Below, piece by piece: positions 61,174-64,000 of a stretch of 64,000 nt of DNA (position 1 is the first letter of the stretch; each line of letters starts with the position of its first letter). The notes beneath the pieces were generated by a model. It was not told the origin of the DNA. It saw only the letters and a program-made list of their open reading frames with translations, and did no database searches. The DNA comes from Rhodospirillales bacterium (GTDB lineage: Bacteria > Pseudomonadota > Alphaproteobacteria > Rhodospirillales > JASLLZ01): NCBI GenBank assembly GCA_030746775.1, contig JASLLZ010000008.1, forward strand, positions 1,062 to 65,061, written 5' to 3'. A program made the translations under genes and the position numbers.

Positions 61174-61914
61174 CTATCTTTCGCGCGCCACGATGCCGGC
61201 GAACCATCCTGCCACCACCGCGATTAGGATGGCAAGCAGCCCATAGGCCAGGGAATGGCGATGGGCAAGGTCGTAGACACGGGCCTCGAATCCGAACTTG
61301 CGGACCTCCAGCAAGGTCGTCTTGTTGCCGGTCACCCGGCCCCCTTGGGCCAAGTAGGTATCGACCACATAGGTGCCGACGGGAACATTGGCGGGAAAGT
61401 GGATCGACGTGCGGAATAAGCGGTTTTCGATGAAATGGACTTTACCGACTTTTGAACCGTAGAGGCCGCGGCTTTGTTTGTTGCGGATCAGGGCCTCGCG
61501 GAAGGCCTCCACCTCGACCCGGGGGCGTGCCGGGTCCCGCGCCTCCAGGCGCAGGTTGGCGCCGCCGATTTGATTGTCGAACTGTTCGGCGGCGATCAGG
61601 ATGTCGTCCAGCGGCCGACTGGCGGCAACCGAATAGAACCCCGGCACGCCGTTGAAAATCATCTCGTCGCGGTTAATCCATATGCCGGCGACCTTGCCCT
61701 TGCGACGCACTCTCTCGTCGCCCTGGGTGCCGCGCACCACCACGACGATGTCACCCGCGCCCTCGGTCGCGCCGAACAGCAACAGGTCGGAACCGACGAA
61801 GCCCGTCGTGATGGCCACCACCGAGCCCGAGAGATCGACGACCAGCTCCTCGCCGGCGGCCGGTGCCGCCGCCAGGGCGCCGACCATCGCCGCCACGTGC
61901 ACGAAGCGCTTCAT
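61174..61914 (-). CDS. TIGR02186 / Alph_Pro_TM-family membrane protein of unknown function
   Basis: Signal peptide, a large periplasmic domain and a single C-terminal TM (YGLLAILIAVVAGWFAGIV). The family was recognised from memory. The ATG overlaps the tauE stop (ATGA). Confidence 0.65.
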   Translation of the reverse strand: MKRFVHVAAMVGALAAAPAAGEELVVDLSGSVVAITTGFVGSDLLLFGATEGAGDIVVVVRGTQGDERVRRKGKVAGIWINRDEMIFNGVPGFYSVAASRPLDDILIAAEQFDNQIGGANLRLEARDPARPRVEVEAFREALIRNKQSRGLYGSKVGKVHFIENRLFRTSIHFPANVPVGTYVVDTYLAQGGRVTGNKTTLLEVRKFGFEARVYDLAHRHSLAYGLLAILIAVVAGWFAGIVARER

Positions 61915-62828
61915 GGCGACCCCACCACGCCGCCGAGGGAATAGAGGTCGGCCGGGGTAACGATCAGATCGAAGGCGAGCTTGGCGCAGACGCTGAGAAC
62001 CACCAGCGCCAGCAGGCTACGCAGGTGTTCACCTTGAAGCCTGGACGATGCCCGCGCGCCCAACTGAGCGCCGAAAACGGCGCCGACCAAAAGCAGCATG
62101 GCCAGGACCACATCCACCGTTTGGTTGTTGACGGCTTGCAGCACGGTGACATTGGCGGTGACGAAGATGATCTGGAAGAGCGAGGTTCCCACCACCATCA
62201 CGGTCGGCATGCCAAGCAGATAGATCATCGCCGGCACCATGAGGAAACCCCCGCCGACGCCCATGATGGCCGCCAGGATGCCGGCCAGGAAGCCGATGGC
62301 AATGGGGAGGAGAACGCTGATATAGAGCCGCGAACGGCGGAAGCGCATCCTGAAGGGTAATCCGTGTACCCAATAGTGATGATGGCGCTTGGGAGGTGTC
62401 GGGTGCTTGCGCCGCGCCATGGCGCGTATGCTTTCGGCCAGCATCAAGGCCCCGATGATGCTCAAAAAGGCGACGTAGGCCAACCTGATCACGACGTCGA
62501 CGTGGCCGATGCCGCGCAGAAAGGTAAACAGCCAAACGCCGAAGGTGGAACCCAGCGCGCCACCCGCCACCAGCACCAAACCCATCTTGAAGTCGACGTT
62601 GCCGCGCCGCCAGTGGGCCAGCACGCCGGAGACCGATGACGCCACGATCTGGTTGGCTTCCGTCGCCACCGCCACCGGCGCCGGCACGCCGATGAAAAAA
62701 AGTAGCGGTGTCATGAGGAACCCACCCCCCACGCCGAACAGACCCGATAGGAATCCGACGACGCCACCCATGCCCAGGATGACGAAGATGTTGACCGACA
62801 TCTCGGCAATGGGAAGATAGATCTGCAT
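61911..62828 (-). CDS. TauE/SafE (DUF81) family anion exporter
   Basis: 305 aa. Duplicated 4-TM halves with GVGGGFLMTPLL and GVGGGFLMVPAMIYLLG motifs. Confidence 0.85.
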   Translation of the reverse strand: MQIYLPIAEMSVNIFVILGMGGVVGFLSGLFGVGGGFLMTPLLFFIGVPAPVAVATEANQIVASSVSGVLAHWRRGNVDFKMGLVLVAGGALGSTFGVWLFTFLRGIGHVDVVIRLAYVAFLSIIGALMLAESIRAMARRKHPTPPKRHHHYWVHGLPFRMRFRRSRLYISVLLPIAIGFLAGILAAIMGVGGGFLMVPAMIYLLGMPTVMVVGTSLFQIIFVTANVTVLQAVNNQTVDVVLAMLLLVGAVFGAQLGARASSRLQGEHLRSLLALVVLSVCAKLAFDLIVTPADLYSLGGVVGSP

Positions 62829-62901
62829 CGGCCGTGGCGCCTCGGTTGCGCAAGGACCCGAGCGTTTCGGTGGGCGAGCCCGGAGCGCCCCAATTATAAG
62901 T

Positions 62902-62934
62902 AAAGCCCCGCCGCCTCATTGGGCGCCGGGGTTT
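62902..62934. terminator. Orphan terminator-like hairpin in a 480-bp intergenic region
   Basis: AAAG-CCCCGCCGCC-TCATTG-GGCGCCGGGG-TTT. 10-bp GC stem with one C-C mismatch, flanked by an A-run and a T-run. No annotated gene ends here. Confidence 0.35.
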
Positions 62935-63307
62935 CACGTTTCAATAGGGTCTTCGGCGATTTCTTTTCGCGCCGGGACCTGGCCGGCGTATGACCACTGC
63001 CGGGACACGGCCTCGGGTGTTTCTCGTGTGATTAGGAATTCGCATTTTATCGCAATAACTTAGTCGATTTGTAGTGGAACCGGGACAGGTTGTCAACCGA
63101 CCCGGTCTTCCGCGCCGCCGCACGAGCTTGGGCTTTGATCCGGAGCGCACCTATGGTACATCCTATTTCAACCGAGCAAATCGGATTCGAAAGGGAGGAG
63201 CGTCGTCTCGGTACTCGTCGCATCAAGAAGCGGCGAAACTGCCGATTTCGACGTACGGTACGCCCAAAATATTCGGGTAGTGCCTGTGGGGGAAGTCAAG
63301 CCAAATC

Positions 63308-64000
63308 ATGGCTCAAAAGCGAACGATAGATAGCGCAAAAGGGAAAGCCAGAAAAAGCAAGCCGGGGACTAGTTTCGAGGTGAAAAAAGATTGGGCACTC
63401 AACCTCGCCAGGTCATCGGTGGACCTGATCTGCCTTTGCCGCGACGGCAAGGTCGCTTTCCTCAACGATGCCGGAAAGGGGATGCTGGGCATCAAGCGCG
63501 GCACCAAGTTTATCGGTATTCCGTTCACCGAATTTGCCCATCCCGGCGATACAACCATCGCCCGCAAACTTCTTACGGGCAAGGTTCCCGAGGGGAAACC
63601 CTTGGCGCTCAGGTTAAACCCGCGCCACCGCGACGAAATCAAGGTCAAGGCCTTCAACCTTAGCTTTGGCGGGGGCAAGGGAGAAGTGGTCATACAGGCA
63701 CTCGACAAATCGGGTCCGGAACCCGCCGGTGAAATAGACTTCGATCCCGTAAAACGTTTACAGAACGTTATCAATACGGTCGCAGACGGAATTTTCGTCT
63801 TCGACGACAAGGGGCGTATCTCGTCCTTCAACCCGTCGGCGGAGCGAATATTCGGGTATTCCGCCGACGATATGGTGGGCAAGAGCCTAAGAATTCTACA
63901 CCCCCGACCGAGCCGAGGCAGAGGCAAGGGCTTGATCCGCGAGTACCTGGAGAACGGCCGGCGCGGATCGGGCGGCCTCCTGCGCGGCGAGGATACCGGA
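63308..64000 (+). CDS. PAS-domain sensor protein, N-terminal part (continues beyond the window); not in the supplied ORF track
   Basis: My manual translation from ATG 63308 gives 231 codons with no stop. Two PAS-like segments are present, including VADGIFVFDDKGRISSFNPSAERIFGYSADDMVGKSLRILHP. An in-frame TAG lies at 63278. Confidence 0.8.
   Translation, partial: MAQKRTIDSAKGKARKSKPGTSFEVKKDWALNLARSSVDLICLCRDGKVAFLNDAGKGMLGIKRGTKFIGIPFTEFAHPGDTTIARKLLTGKVPEGKPLALRLNPRHRDEIKVKAFNLSFGGGKGEVVIQALDKSGPEPAGEIDFDPVKRLQNVINTVADGIFVFDDKGRISSFNPSAERIFGYSADDMVGKSLRILHPRPSRGRGKGLIREYLENGRRGSGGLLRGEDTG

Overview
High-GC, mostly core alphaproteobacterial (Rhodospirillales-like) chromosome. Lineage evidence: lpxI between lpxA and lpxB, a GTTC-N7-GTTC SOS box at lexA, and an Alph_Pro_TM/TIGR02186-type gene. 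Left third: proS (partial), lolC/E-lolD, dnaE, then a tightly packed run rpsB-tsf-pyrH-frr-uppS-cdsA-dxr-rseP-bamA-skp-lpxD-fabZ-lpxA-lpxI-lpxB-gloA. Next come gltA, gltX, comEC (apparently frameshifted), lexA, moeA and parE. From about 31.5 to 47.8 kb lies a more accessory-looking stretch: a thioesterase, a GT2-GtrA glycosyltransferase with a small exported His-rich protein, an MFS-DUF547-Cys4 unit, hyuA/hyuB-like genes plus an EamA transporter, an orphan EB_dh-like haem protein, an Asp/Glu-racemase-family protein, an M20 hydrolase, a HIBADH-like dehydrogenase and a MerR-like adenylate cyclase. The right end holds glnBA, two divergent aminotransferases, tRNA-His, two tandem GMC oxidoreductases, tkt-fba(class I)-rpe, a usp/TIGR02186/tauE operon and a PAS sensor gene running off the window edge (absent from the ORF track). 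I found no CRISPR array, transposase, integrase, prophage or recognisable defence system, and no convincing novel multi-gene system. The most notable items are a repeat-bearing C-terminal tail on ribosomal protein S2, an octamer-array AT-rich palindrome next to tRNA-His, REP-like intergenic elements, a split comEC, the orphan EB_dh-like protein with c-type haem motifs, and several conserved gene pairs of unknown function. Most long antisense ORFs in the track are GC-driven shadow ORFs. All family assignments come from motif recognition by eye; no database search was run.
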